Source: an uncultured archaeon
GTDB lineage: Archaea; Asgardarchaeota; Lokiarchaeia; Sigyniarchaeales; SOKP01
Reading direction: 5' to 3'
Assembly: GCA_964447495.1 (NCBI GenBank)
Contig: CAYUTF010000003.1
Span: 30,684 to 94,683 of the forward strand
Length of the DNA stretch: 64,000 nt
Shown piece by piece: positions 29,430 through 39,223 of the stretch (positions within the stretch are counted from its first letter, which is position 1; every line of letters starts with the position of its first letter). Made by a program: the position numbers and the translations under genes. The notes beneath the pieces are model-generated. The model was not told the origin of the DNA. It saw nothing but the letters and a program-made list of their open reading frames with translations, and made no database searches.

Positions 29430-30389
29430 TTAGAAATTAGAATAAATCATAAACTTATTTGCTGAGCCCAAACTATAGATTTCAAACTTAGAACCACGCT
29501 TAGTTTCACAGAACATTTGAATTAAAGGAAATAGATATATTTGGGTTGTTATCTGAGCATCATTATCTTTATCATAGTTTTTATAGTCAGTTCTCGCTGA
29601 ACTAACAGTTTTTTTAATATTTTTATTCATGTATCCTAAAGATGCTTCAACTTTTGATTCTAATTCTTTAAAATCAGAAAATTTAATACCTTCTACGTCA
29701 TCTAATACTATTTGTAGATCATCACCAATCTCTTTTTCATATTTAGTTTGCGCACTACTGTGAAGCACGGGCATCCCTGTCACCACAGTTTGGAAGGGTA
29801 CTGGAAGGATTTCATATTTATAGAGACTTTTATGACCTTCACATTCTTTACATAACTCTTGTCTATTACCAGAACCATAACATGCGCCACATGGATAAGA
29901 AAAAGTCTTTTTTTCTTTTTTTTGTTCTTCTCCAACTAAAACAGATATGGATTCCTCTATTTTTCCTGTTCCACCGCATGTTTTACATTTGTCTTCAGTA
30001 TATCCTTTTCCTTTACATGATTTACAAGTGACGGATTGAATCGATTCAAACATCGGTACAATTTCCTTTTCATTCCATTTTTCTTTATTTAATTTCTCAC
30101 TACCCTTAAAACTATAAAATTGTTCCCTTGCAACTCTTGGAGCAGTAACAATATTCTCATCTTTACCTTTGGGCGCTGGACCCAATGTTTTCTTTACTGC
30201 AAAATAAATTGCTGCTTCTTTAAGGGTATCCTTTACATATTCTGCTGCACTTATTGCATCCAAGGAAAAAATAGCTCCTTTTGTGCCAAATTGCTTTTCC
30301 ATCTTCTTGTGATCAGTTTTGCTAACTTTTTGCTTCCATTTTTCAAAGATTTCATCTAAATTTGGGGTTTTAATTTTTATATCAGGCAA
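29430..30389 (-). CDS. CxxCxGxG zinc-finger protein without J-domain (SSUH2-like)
   Basis: CKSCKGKG, CKTCGGTG, CGACYGSG, CKECEG; no HPD motif. Confidence 0.7.
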   Translation of the reverse strand: MPDIKIKTPNLDEIFEKWKQKVSKTDHKKMEKQFGTKGAIFSLDAISAAEYVKDTLKEAAIYFAVKKTLGPAPKGKDENIVTAPRVAREQFYSFKGSEKLNKEKWNEKEIVPMFESIQSVTCKSCKGKGYTEDKCKTCGGTGKIEESISVLVGEEQKKEKKTFSYPCGACYGSGNRQELCKECEGHKSLYKYEILPVPFQTVVTGMPVLHSSAQTKYEKEIGDDLQIVLDDVEGIKFSDFKELESKVEASLGYMNKNIKKTVSSARTDYKNYDKDNDAQITTQIYLFPLIQMFCETKRGSKFEIYSLGSANKFMIYSNF

Positions 30390-30612
30390 ATGAATTTCAC
30401 ATCCATTATCAATTCTTAACTTTAAAATTTTAAAATTATAAAATTATATAGTAGAATACTATAAATAAATTCATCAGTAACACAATTCCTTTATAAATAA
30501 AATGAATAAATTATATAAAGTGTTTTTTTAGAAATAATTAAAATAGAGTAATTTATAATTATATATAGAAATTAATTACTAAATAAAAAGTACTAAAAAG
30601 TACGGAAATATT

Positions 30613-30780
30613 ATGTCAGCAGAAGAACGTCAAGCGGTTGAGTATTTTCTTCAATGGATGACGCCATCAGGTGGAGGATTGGCTCAATGGATTGAGCATT
30701 TCTTAAACCAAGGCGATGAAGCAAAGCTTAGACAAATTAAAGAGATTTATGATAAGATAAAAAGCATTTTTGGTTTTTAG
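30613..30780 (+). CDS. Small 55-aa protein (absent from ORF track)
   Basis: ATG..TAG ORF MSAEERQAVEYFLQWMTPSGGGLAQWIEHFLNQGDEAKLRQIKEIYDKIKSIFGF; more GC-rich than its flanks; T-tract downstream. Confidence 0.7.
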   Translation: MSAEERQAVEYFLQWMTPSGGGLAQWIEHFLNQGDEAKLRQIKEIYDKIKSIFGF

Positions 30781-30909
30781 CACTACTTTCTTTTTTTATT
30801 TACTCATCATATTCAATAGGATTTAGATGAATTGAATTAAATTAGTAAAATTGAATTAGCGCATTTCATTACTCATATTATTCATTAAGAATTTGTAGCG
30901 ATATTACTT

Positions 30910-33591
30910 GTGAGTATTCCATCGAAAAAGTATTTCATTGTTTTAGATAAGGGTTTACAAAAAGGAGATGAAATCCATTACAATGTTAATTTCTTTTATT
31001 TGAAATCATTTAAGCAAAAAACCTCAAAGTTTTCATACGTAAGTCAGCCTTTCTTTCAAGGATATGTGATTTTTGGTTTTGATATGAGGAATAAAATAAG
31101 ACCTTTATCGTTCTATAAGATTAATAAAAATGGTACGCAAGAAGCGATTAATCCTAAACTCTTCAAGAAATTTATTTTAACAGAGAATAATGTGTTTATT
31201 GGATTTTCGAGTCAAGCAAATCAAGAAGAATTTATCCCCATTAAAAAAATGCTTGATAACTTTCAATTCGATGAAAACAAAATTAAGCTTCTTACATTTT
31301 GTAGTAGATGTTTGGAAAATCGTAAATTTAAAATTCTTTCCAAAGGTTTTCAAATAAAAAATATAAATGATCAAACTATTTGTCCCGATTGTGCATTAGA
31401 GTTAGTTATTAGTCAAGCAGAGGTACGCGGGTTAATTCCAAATAAGAGAGTAAACCCTAAATTAAAGAATTTTTTTAGTCATATGATCTTAAAATTTAAA
31501 GATATAAAAAAAATTGTAAGTTCGTTTAAAACGGATTTTAACCCAGTACAAAATAAAGAAATCACGCTCTATGATGTTGAGAAAAATCCTACAATAAGTG
31601 AACGATTACTTAAATTTCCAATTGATGATTTAGAGATTCCTATAGAATTTAAGACAATTTTATTGAAACAGAATATTAAAACACTTCTACCAATTCAAGC
31701 ACTTGCTATTGAAAAGGGATTGTTAAAAAATAGAACCAACCAATTAATTATGGCACCGACATCCGCAGGGAAAACATTAGTGGGAGAAATCGCAGGTGTG
31801 AGCCAAATTCTATCTCAAAAAGGAAAAATGCTGTATTTAGTTCCAATTGTAGCACTCGCGAACGTGAGAACAGAAGAATTCAAAAAAAAATATGCTCCAT
31901 TGAATTTAAATGTAGTAAAAAAGATAGGAGAATCATTATTAGAAAAAAGCGACGAAAATGATATAGAAAATTTATTGGATGCAGATATTATCATTGCTAC
32001 ATATGAAGCAATAGATTATATCTTAAGAAGTGGCCAAAAAGAAATTTTAGGAAATATTGGTACCATTATTATTGATGAAATTCAGACTTTAATAGATCCT
32101 GAAAGGGGATATTTACTGGATGCATTAATTTCTCGATTAAAATGCATCTACACTAATGCACAGTTCCTTTATTTGAGCGCTACAATAGGTGCTCCAGAGT
32201 TGCTAGCTAAAAAATTAAATTGTAGTTTAATAAATTACAAGAACCGCCCAGTTCCTATTGAGAGACATTTAATTATGTGCATCAATGAGGCGATGAAGCA
32301 CAGAATAATAGCAAAATTGGCAAAGTATGCTTTTCTACAAAAATCAGAATATGGTTTTAAGGGGCAATCCATAATTTTCACAAATACAAGAAAAAAATGT
32401 GAGACATTAGCAACCTATTTGATGAACAAAGGTATTAAAACGGAGGCGTATCATTCAGGGCTAACTAGTGAAGAAAGAAGATATATCGAAGATGAGTTTC
32501 AGGCTCAAAAGATTGCCGCAGTTGTGGCTACCGCCGCACTTGCTGCAGGAGTAGACTTTGCAGCGAAGCAGGTAATTTTTGAGTCTTTAGGTATGGGAAT
32601 AAAAACATTAACCGTTGCTGAATTCGAACAGATGTTAGGACGTGCAGGTAGGTTAAAGAAACATGAACTTGGTTATGCTTATATTCTTATAGAGCCAGGA
32701 AAAATATATAATCCTAAAATGAAAACCACTGAAGATAATGTAGCCATAAATTTATTAAATGGAAAAATTAAAGACTTTGAATTAGAACCAGATGAAGATA
32801 AATCATTAACAGAATTATTAGCAATAATTTCGACTTACATTGAAGGATCAACTCTAAATACTCTTATTCAATATCAAAATTTCTTGATTAATGGGAATTA
32901 CGATTTGCGTAAAATGTTAGACAAATTATTACTTTTAAACTTAGTGAAAGTAGATGATAATTCTAACTACAAATCAACTAATTTAGGGAATGCGATAGCT
33001 AAGTCTTTTATAAGTATTACAAAGAGCTTTGAGATAATAAGTAAATTGAAAAAGAAAGAAGAAGCTTTATTTGATATTGTTCTTGAACTTAAGCCAATAA
33101 AAAATGTGTATTTAACTAAAAGCGTTGTTGCCGATTTATCAAAAAATATGAATATGAAATATTTTAGCAATAATTTCTTTAGTGCCAGTGTTCTCTCTCT
33201 AATGAATGCGGAATATGTTAAGAAAAGAAATAAGTTCTCTCAAGATTTCATTAATTATGTATCAAAATGGACAACTGATATCTTTAATTGTAAATGTAAA
33301 GATAGTCCATACTGTGGTTGCGGCAGGTTAAATTTGGAAAAGATTTTACTAGAATTAAGAATTAAAGAAAACTTTTCTATTGAGGAAATGCGGCAATATT
33401 TTGATGAGGAATACAAAATCTTGATATTTAAAGGGGACATTATTGACTATTTAGAAAACTTAATTTATACATTTGAAAGTATTGCACACATTGTTAAAGC
33501 GATAGTAAAAATTGATAAAGAATATGATAATGAACTGGAGCAAATCCCCGATACAATAGCGGCAATAAAAAATTTAAATATTGATAATTAG
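30910..33591 (+). CDS. Archaeal Ski2-like DExD/H-box helicase (DUF5814-type C-terminus)
   Basis: PTSAGKT, DEIQ, SAT, YHSGL, QMLGRAGR; CSRC/CPDC and C-terminal CKCKDSPYCGCG. Confidence 0.88.
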   Translation: MSIPSKKYFIVLDKGLQKGDEIHYNVNFFYLKSFKQKTSKFSYVSQPFFQGYVIFGFDMRNKIRPLSFYKINKNGTQEAINPKLFKKFILTENNVFIGFSSQANQEEFIPIKKMLDNFQFDENKIKLLTFCSRCLENRKFKILSKGFQIKNINDQTICPDCALELVISQAEVRGLIPNKRVNPKLKNFFSHMILKFKDIKKIVSSFKTDFNPVQNKEITLYDVEKNPTISERLLKFPIDDLEIPIEFKTILLKQNIKTLLPIQALAIEKGLLKNRTNQLIMAPTSAGKTLVGEIAGVSQILSQKGKMLYLVPIVALANVRTEEFKKKYAPLNLNVVKKIGESLLEKSDENDIENLLDADIIIATYEAIDYILRSGQKEILGNIGTIIIDEIQTLIDPERGYLLDALISRLKCIYTNAQFLYLSATIGAPELLAKKLNCSLINYKNRPVPIERHLIMCINEAMKHRIIAKLAKYAFLQKSEYGFKGQSIIFTNTRKKCETLATYLMNKGIKTEAYHSGLTSEERRYIEDEFQAQKIAAVVATAALAAGVDFAAKQVIFESLGMGIKTLTVAEFEQMLGRAGRLKKHELGYAYILIEPGKIYNPKMKTTEDNVAINLLNGKIKDFELEPDEDKSLTELLAIISTYIEGSTLNTLIQYQNFLINGNYDLRKMLDKLLLLNLVKVDDNSNYKSTNLGNAIAKSFISITKSFEIISKLKKKEEALFDIVLELKPIKNVYLTKSVVADLSKNMNMKYFSNNFFSASVLSLMNAEYVKKRNKFSQDFINYVSKWTTDIFNCKCKDSPYCGCGRLNLEKILLELRIKENFSIEEMRQYFDEEYKILIFKGDIIDYLENLIYTFESIAHIVKAIVKIDKEYDNELEQIPDTIAAIKNLNIDN

Positions 33592-33602
33592 TAGAAGTTT
33601 TT

Positions 33603-34796
33603 TCAAATTGTATGAATTTCAATGATATCATTATTTTTTAAATGATAATCCAATCCCACACGTTTTTTCTTTTGTCTCGCACCCTTTCTAATGACAATCG
33701 CATAATCAAATAAGTCATAGAAGCTTCGATGGATTTTTAAAGCAACATCTTTAACTAGTGAACCCTTATTCATAATTAGAGGTTTTTCAGCTACTCGTCC
33801 GGCATGCATTGTAAAAATTCTTATCTTATCCAAAGTATCTAATACAATATTGCCGAAATTTTCTGGAAATTCTTTCTTTTTGACACTGCTTCCAATGATA
33901 ACTTCAAATCTATTTGAATAGTCATTCTTTAGGCTCTCAAAGTTATCTTCTGTTGATGGAAGATCTCCCTTTGTTCCGATGATTATGGCTTTCTTAAATA
34001 CTATTGAGGGGTCTAATGCATCAACTACATCCGCTATGGTAATCCTTCCAAAGATTTTAACCACAACATTTCGTAATCCTCCCTCGAAAACAACTTTTTT
34101 AATATTTTCTGTTAATTCTTTAATCTGGGGTACTTTTTTAGAATCTCGAGTCAAGTAAAATACTTGTATTTTATTAGAACCCGTCTTTTCTATGGATATG
34201 GGAGGAGTTTTTGCATTAAGTTTTATACTTGCGCTATTTAGTTCTGCAAGAATTAGATTTAATTGATTTTTATAATCACGAGTTAAATCTGCACATATAC
34301 ATATTAAATCACAGGATCGTAATTGGGAAAGAATTTCTTTTCCATTCCCTACTCCGATCGATGCTCCTTCCATTAAGGAAGGCATATCTACGATTTGAAA
34401 TCGTATGTTTTCAAATTCATAAATACCAATTTCTGGTATTGCAGTAAATTTTCCAATTTTTTCCTTTGCTGCATGAGTGAGAAAATTTAATAAGGATGTT
34501 TTTCCTACTCCTGGAATGTAATAATCACTAATTAAAATAAGCTGTATTCCTTCTTTCTTAATCGAAAATGGACTAACAACCTTCGATGTACTTTTTAATC
34601 GAGCTTTTCTTTCTTCCTGTTCTTTTTTAAGTTTTGCTAGACGAGATTTATTTAAAGCTACTATATTTTCTGTAGCTTTATGTTTTGGAATAAGAGAAAT
34701 AAATTCTTCCAATCTTTTTATTTTTTCATCAATATTGCTAGCATCAAGGTATTTTTGATACGCTGCTTGAGCTTCAGGACCTATATTACTTGACAC
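33603..34796 (-). CDS. DRG/OBG-family GTP-binding protein with TGS domain
   Basis: IPKHKATE N-terminus, GVGKTS, QIVDMPSL, TKGD; TGS motifs VKDVALKIH and VGLDYHLKNNDIIEI. Confidence 0.85.
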   Translation of the reverse strand: MSSNIGPEAQAAYQKYLDASNIDEKIKRLEEFISLIPKHKATENIVALNKSRLAKLKKEQEERKARLKSTSKVVSPFSIKKEGIQLILISDYYIPGVGKTSLLNFLTHAAKEKIGKFTAIPEIGIYEFENIRFQIVDMPSLMEGASIGVGNGKEILSQLRSCDLICICADLTRDYKNQLNLILAELNSASIKLNAKTPPISIEKTGSNKIQVFYLTRDSKKVPQIKELTENIKKVVFEGGLRNVVVKIFGRITIADVVDALDPSIVFKKAIIIGTKGDLPSTEDNFESLKNDYSNRFEVIIGSSVKKKEFPENFGNIVLDTLDKIRIFTMHAGRVAEKPLIMNKGSLVKDVALKIHRSFYDLFDYAIVIRKGARQKKKRVGLDYHLKNNDIIEIHTI

Positions 34797-34820
34797 TAAT
34801 TACCTACCTTTTTAAATCTC

Positions 34821-35282
34821 TTATAATATTGATCTAAAGCGATCTTCTGTTTTTAATTTTAAATCTCCAATTATCTGATCAATTCTTTCCTCAAAGCTCT
34901 TAAAAAATTTAGATTTTTTAGAAAAGATATCATTAAGAGAATATCTATTAAGAAAGTGGTTATTTATTTCACGTAAATGTTTTTTAACAATTTCAGCGTC
35001 AGTTTCTTTTTCAATTATTGCATATGATAGCATTGGTTGTTGTTTATTTGAATGATCTTCAGAAGGTAATGAAATTAAATCACAATAACATACCAATTTA
35101 AATGACGCAAGAGATACAACATTTATATTATCTCCAAAAACTTCTGAAGTAAAACTCTCAAGAGCAGATAGGAATCCTGCTCTTAATTCGGGATCTAATC
35201 CTACTCCTGCGTCAGAATGATAATACCTTCTATTGATTAGGTTTCGGGTTCCTAAATTTATTCCAAGTTCTAATATCGCCAT
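34821..35282 (-). CDS. Longin-like domain protein
   Basis: DPELRAGFLSALESFTSEVFG helix plus LREINNHFLNRY...FEERIDQII, a longin/sedlin-like pattern frequent in Asgard archaea. Confidence 0.65.
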   Translation of the reverse strand: MAILELGINLGTRNLINRRYYHSDAGVGLDPELRAGFLSALESFTSEVFGDNINVVSLASFKLVCYCDLISLPSEDHSNKQQPMLSYAIIEKETDAEIVKKHLREINNHFLNRYSLNDIFSKKSKFFKSFEERIDQIIGDLKLKTEDRFRSIL

Positions 35283-35398
35283 TTAACTTTCTTAGATTTG
35301 CTTGAGATTTGAGATTTAGTTTTATAGTTTTATATTTATTTCGTTTTAGTTTATATTAAAATTTAGCTTATTTATTTAATTGGAATATTGGTCAGACT

Positions 35399-36259
35399 TT
35401 AATTAATTTTTAATTGCTTTTTAAATACGTGAAAGCTGTTATGACATAGAAATGAAACTGTCAAAGGACCTACTCCGCCAGGTGAGGGTGTTATGCGGGA
35501 ACATTTATCTAGAACATCATTGAAATCAACATCACCACACAATCTTCCATCTACTCTATTAGTCCCCACATCGATTATAACAGCATCTTTTTTTATTTTT
35601 TCTTTAGTTATGAATTTTGGTTGTCCAACGGCTACTACGAGTATGTCTGCTCTTTTTAAATGACTTTCTATATCAATTGTAGAAGTGTGACATACTGTGA
35701 TTGTTGCATTTCTTTTCAGAAACATAAAAATCAAGGGTTTTCCTACTAAGTTTGATCTATTGATAATCACTACTTCTTTCCCTTGGATTTCAATATTATA
35801 ATACTCAAGCAATGCAATTATTCCCTTTGGAGTAGCAGGAGCAAATTCTTCATCATAATTAAATAACATTCCTTGATTAAAGGGATGTAATCCATCAACG
35901 TCTTTTAGAGGAGATATATATCTAACAAATTCTAATGTATGCTTTTTAAGATGTTTAGGAATAGGTAATTGTAAAACTATCCCATTTACGCTCTTATTAT
36001 TATTTAATTTTTCTATTTCGGTAAATAGCTGTTCTCTTGTGATATCTTCACTTAAGGAAATTAATATAAAATCAATACCAATTTGTTCACATGTTTTGCG
36101 TTTAATATTAACATAGATCTTTGATGCAGGGTTATCACCAACTAGTATCGCTGCTAATTTAGGTCTTTTCCCAATCTTTTTGAAGGTAGCCTTAATATTT
36201 TCCCTTAATTTTGCATTTAAATTATCTGCTAATCCTTTTCCATCAAGTATTTTTTCCAT
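35399..36259 (-). CDS. folD: Methylenetetrahydrofolate dehydrogenase/cyclohydrolase
   Basis: YVNIK, VLQLP, KDVDGLHP, ATPKG, RSNLVGKP, PGGVGPLT. Confidence 0.97.
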   Translation of the reverse strand: MEKILDGKGLADNLNAKLRENIKATFKKIGKRPKLAAILVGDNPASKIYVNIKRKTCEQIGIDFILISLSEDITREQLFTEIEKLNNNKSVNGIVLQLPIPKHLKKHTLEFVRYISPLKDVDGLHPFNQGMLFNYDEEFAPATPKGIIALLEYYNIEIQGKEVVIINRSNLVGKPLIFMFLKRNATITVCHTSTIDIESHLKRADILVVAVGQPKFITKEKIKKDAVIIDVGTNRVDGRLCGDVDFNDVLDKCSRITPSPGGVGPLTVSFLCHNSFHVFKKQLKIN

Positions 36260-36369
36260 AATTATCGTAATTAAAAAAAATTAATTTAAACTTTATATTT
36301 TTACATTAGTAATTTTACTCTAAAATTAAATCACTATTATTAGATATTTATTAAAAAATAAAAAAAAGA

Positions 36370-37470
36370 TTATATTCTTCTCTTCCGCCATATAAAGTAA
36401 ATTAACGCAATTGCAATACCAATAGATACTAAAACTATTATTAATATAATAAAGTTAAACTCTACCATGAAGATATCTTCATTTAATAATCCTAATTCGT
36501 TGAAATTCATTAAAAGTTTAAATGCATAATAAGAAGCAGAAATAGATGACAATCCTTGCACTGTTCCGCCAAAAAAATCGCTAAAGCCTCCATCTTCAAA
36601 ATTTTGATGATTTAAAATCCAATTTATTGTTGCATCTTTATTTAACTCGGTTTCATCTAGTAAAGTAATTCCTTTTACACAAAAAAAGGTACTACTAAAT
36701 AATGCGCTTTCAGACAAGATTTCGGGTAAATAACCCCCATAATTGTAAATATTATTAGAATCACTAACATAAAAAGATTTCAAATAATTTAATGTTAAAG
36801 TTCTATTATCTAATTCATTTAAATTTCCAATTTGATCGATTAAATAAATAGCGAGGTACGTTGTTAAAAGCGTTGAATCTAATGTACTATTCCCTCCATA
36901 ACCCCCATCGGTATTATTACACGATAATATCCAATTTTTATGTAAAGTTTGATTTATAAGTGGCTCATTTAAATATTCTTTAATTTCATAAGCAAAATAA
37001 GTGGAAGTCATGTCTGCCATATTTGTTGAATTTTTAGATGAAAAACCACCATTTAGTTGTTCTGTTTCATTTATATAGCGTGATATTTTAGTTTTTATAA
37101 TTGAATTTAGTGATGAATCTAATATATCTAATGATTTGACAAGATAATAAAGATCATATAGGCGAATCTCTTCATTGTTAAACATACTTGAGATCTCGGA
37201 TTCCAAATTCTCTCTGAACAGCGCGACATCTACTTTTGTCTCGACTCCAAATAATCCTTGAATTTGATAAAGATTATAATAATCAATAATCTCCAAAGCA
37301 TAGGCCGTTTCTTGGTATGAACTCCCAAATTTTACACTATCATTTTTCTTTTCAAAAATGAAATCTACTAAATATGATTCTCTTGTTTTTGCTAATACAA
37401 TCGGAGTTAATAACATGAAAAAAATAATTAACGTCGATATTAGGACAGTGGTTCGAATTTTAAGTTTCAA
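36370..37470 (-). CDS. Exported, membrane-anchored prenyltransferase/squalene-oxidase-repeat protein
   Basis: Signal peptide; repeats QLNGGF, CNNTDGGYG, GGYLP, QNFEDGGF; C-terminal TM followed by RKRR. Confidence 0.8.
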   Translation of the reverse strand: MKLKIRTTVLISTLIIFFMLLTPIVLAKTRESYLVDFIFEKKNDSVKFGSSYQETAYALEIIDYYNLYQIQGLFGVETKVDVALFRENLESEISSMFNNEEIRLYDLYYLVKSLDILDSSLNSIIKTKISRYINETEQLNGGFSSKNSTNMADMTSTYFAYEIKEYLNEPLINQTLHKNWILSCNNTDGGYGGNSTLDSTLLTTYLAIYLIDQIGNLNELDNRTLTLNYLKSFYVSDSNNIYNYGGYLPEILSESALFSSTFFCVKGITLLDETELNKDATINWILNHQNFEDGGFSDFFGGTVQGLSSISASYYAFKLLMNFNELGLLNEDIFMVEFNFIILIIVLVSIGIAIALIYFIWRKRRI

Positions 37471-37629
37471 TCTAAAAAAAACCTCAATCTGGTTTTAACT
37501 AAGTTTTAATTTTTTAAAATTTAACTTGTAATTAAAAATTAACGATATGTAAAGAGAAGAGTCTAAATTTTGTAAAAAGAAATCACTTTTTATAGTCATC
37601 TTTTATTTCAAATTCAGCTTAATGTTTAC

Positions 37630-39156
37630 TTAGAATATTTCGCTTATATCTTTATATAAAAGAGCACTATTTTGAATAAACTGATCATGCGTAATAAATA
37701 GACTTTGAAAACTAGGTAGACTCCCTAAAATTGCGGCACCATTAAAAATCGCATAGTGAAGATTTTCAGGTACGAAAAATCTTAGAATTTCATCAATGGA
37801 TTTATAATATCCTGAAAATTCTCTGGCTGGTTTTGTTTTTTTAATTATTTCAGGGGGAACATCAACTAAGCTCGGAGGTTCTAAAGTCTTTCCGCAATAA
37901 GGACAAAATATAGAACTCTCATCCTCAATTGGTTTATTACAATGAGGACAAACTAATTTGCCATCGATTATTTTTAATTTTTTCGGAGTTACTTTTGGCA
38001 TGATGGGCAATTCAGGTAATACCACTCTTCCACCGCATGAGGGACAAAACTCTTTACCGTCAGAGAGATCTACTAAAACACCACAATGGGGACACGTATC
38101 TTGGTTTTTCTTAGACACTTCTAAAGCTTGCATTTTTAATTTTTGACTTGTCATTGAAGTTGTTTCTTTTGGTTTAGGTATTTTTCCCAATTGGGGCAAA
38201 ATTTTGTTTAATTCTGATCTTAACCTTTCCTCAAATCCTGAATATGAGACATTTCCTCCAGAAATTACAATATGTGATAATAGATCACTCCAATGATGAT
38301 TATCAATACCTTGAAGAGACGTTAGGATTGCTTCAGGGATATTCATCATTGTATATCCGAGAAGCTGAGGATTGAATAATACTTCAGGTGCTTCATAAAA
38401 GATATAATGTGGTATCTTAATATTTGAACCATCAGGCATGGCAAAACTAAACGAATCATTAACTTTAGGAGGATGATCGGGATCAATAGCAAAATAACAG
38501 TTTTTTTCTTTTATTTCTTTGATGATTTCATCTACAGCTGACGATTCTATATTAATACCTTCTCTCATTAGCAGATTTTTCAAGTATTGATTGACATCAG
38601 TTCCAGCAAGAGGTAATTTTTGAACGGCTTGATCAACTATCTCTCCATTTATAACAGGGCAAATCCACGTTATCCCATCTCCACTTTCGATCACCAATCC
38701 TGTAGTTAACCCGACACTAAAGATCGAAAGAATAGGTGTAGGGATCATAATTAAGCTCCTAACCCTATGAGTTTCAAATAAAACGCGAGCTATGTATTCT
38801 TTTGTTTCTTTTTGAACAAATGGTTGCTCTGCATATAATACTGGATAATCTGCAAGATTTGGAATTCTTAAAAGTGAATAAAAACAATAATTTATTATAT
38901 CATAATAATCATTCCAATCCATTATTGCCCCACGCTCGATCGGGTATTTAATCTTGAGGACTCCTCGCATTTTTGCCGCATCTGAGCCAATATATGTATT
39001 TCTTGCACTCACATCAACCATTACAGATTTATATTTCTCCTTTCCTGTCATCGTTGGAAATACAAATCGTGGACTTGGTTCACCAGCAAATCCTATCTTA
39101 GTATAAGCTGAACCAATATCTAAAATTACAGGCGTACCGGGGAGAGGGATTGCCAT
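37630..39156 (-). CDS. Actin-family (actin-related) protein with double zinc-ribbon insertion
   Basis: ILDIGSAYTKIGFAGEPSPRFVFP, KYPIERG, GLTTGLVIESGDG, IKEKNCY, PEVLFNP, IVISGG, GAAILGSL; four CxxC inserted near the C-terminus. Confidence 0.93.
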   Translation of the reverse strand: MAIPLPGTPVILDIGSAYTKIGFAGEPSPRFVFPTMTGKEKYKSVMVDVSARNTYIGSDAAKMRGVLKIKYPIERGAIMDWNDYYDIINYCFYSLLRIPNLADYPVLYAEQPFVQKETKEYIARVLFETHRVRSLIMIPTPILSIFSVGLTTGLVIESGDGITWICPVINGEIVDQAVQKLPLAGTDVNQYLKNLLMREGINIESSAVDEIIKEIKEKNCYFAIDPDHPPKVNDSFSFAMPDGSNIKIPHYIFYEAPEVLFNPQLLGYTMMNIPEAILTSLQGIDNHHWSDLLSHIVISGGNVSYSGFEERLRSELNKILPQLGKIPKPKETTSMTSQKLKMQALEVSKKNQDTCPHCGVLVDLSDGKEFCPSCGGRVVLPELPIMPKVTPKKLKIIDGKLVCPHCNKPIEDESSIFCPYCGKTLEPPSLVDVPPEIIKKTKPAREFSGYYKSIDEILRFFVPENLHYAIFNGAAILGSLPSFQSLFITHDQFIQNSALLYKDISEIF

Positions 39157-39223
39157 GATCTTTCAACCTTTTTTTTATTAATATTAATTAAGACTATATT
39201 TTCTTCTATATAATTATCAAAAT

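Noticed and set aside
29430-30389. dnaJ call
   Set aside because: No J-domain HPD motif or G/F region.
37630-39156. Bona fide lokiactin call
   Set aside because: Too divergent at Q137/H161/H73 and carries a large insert; better described as actin-related.
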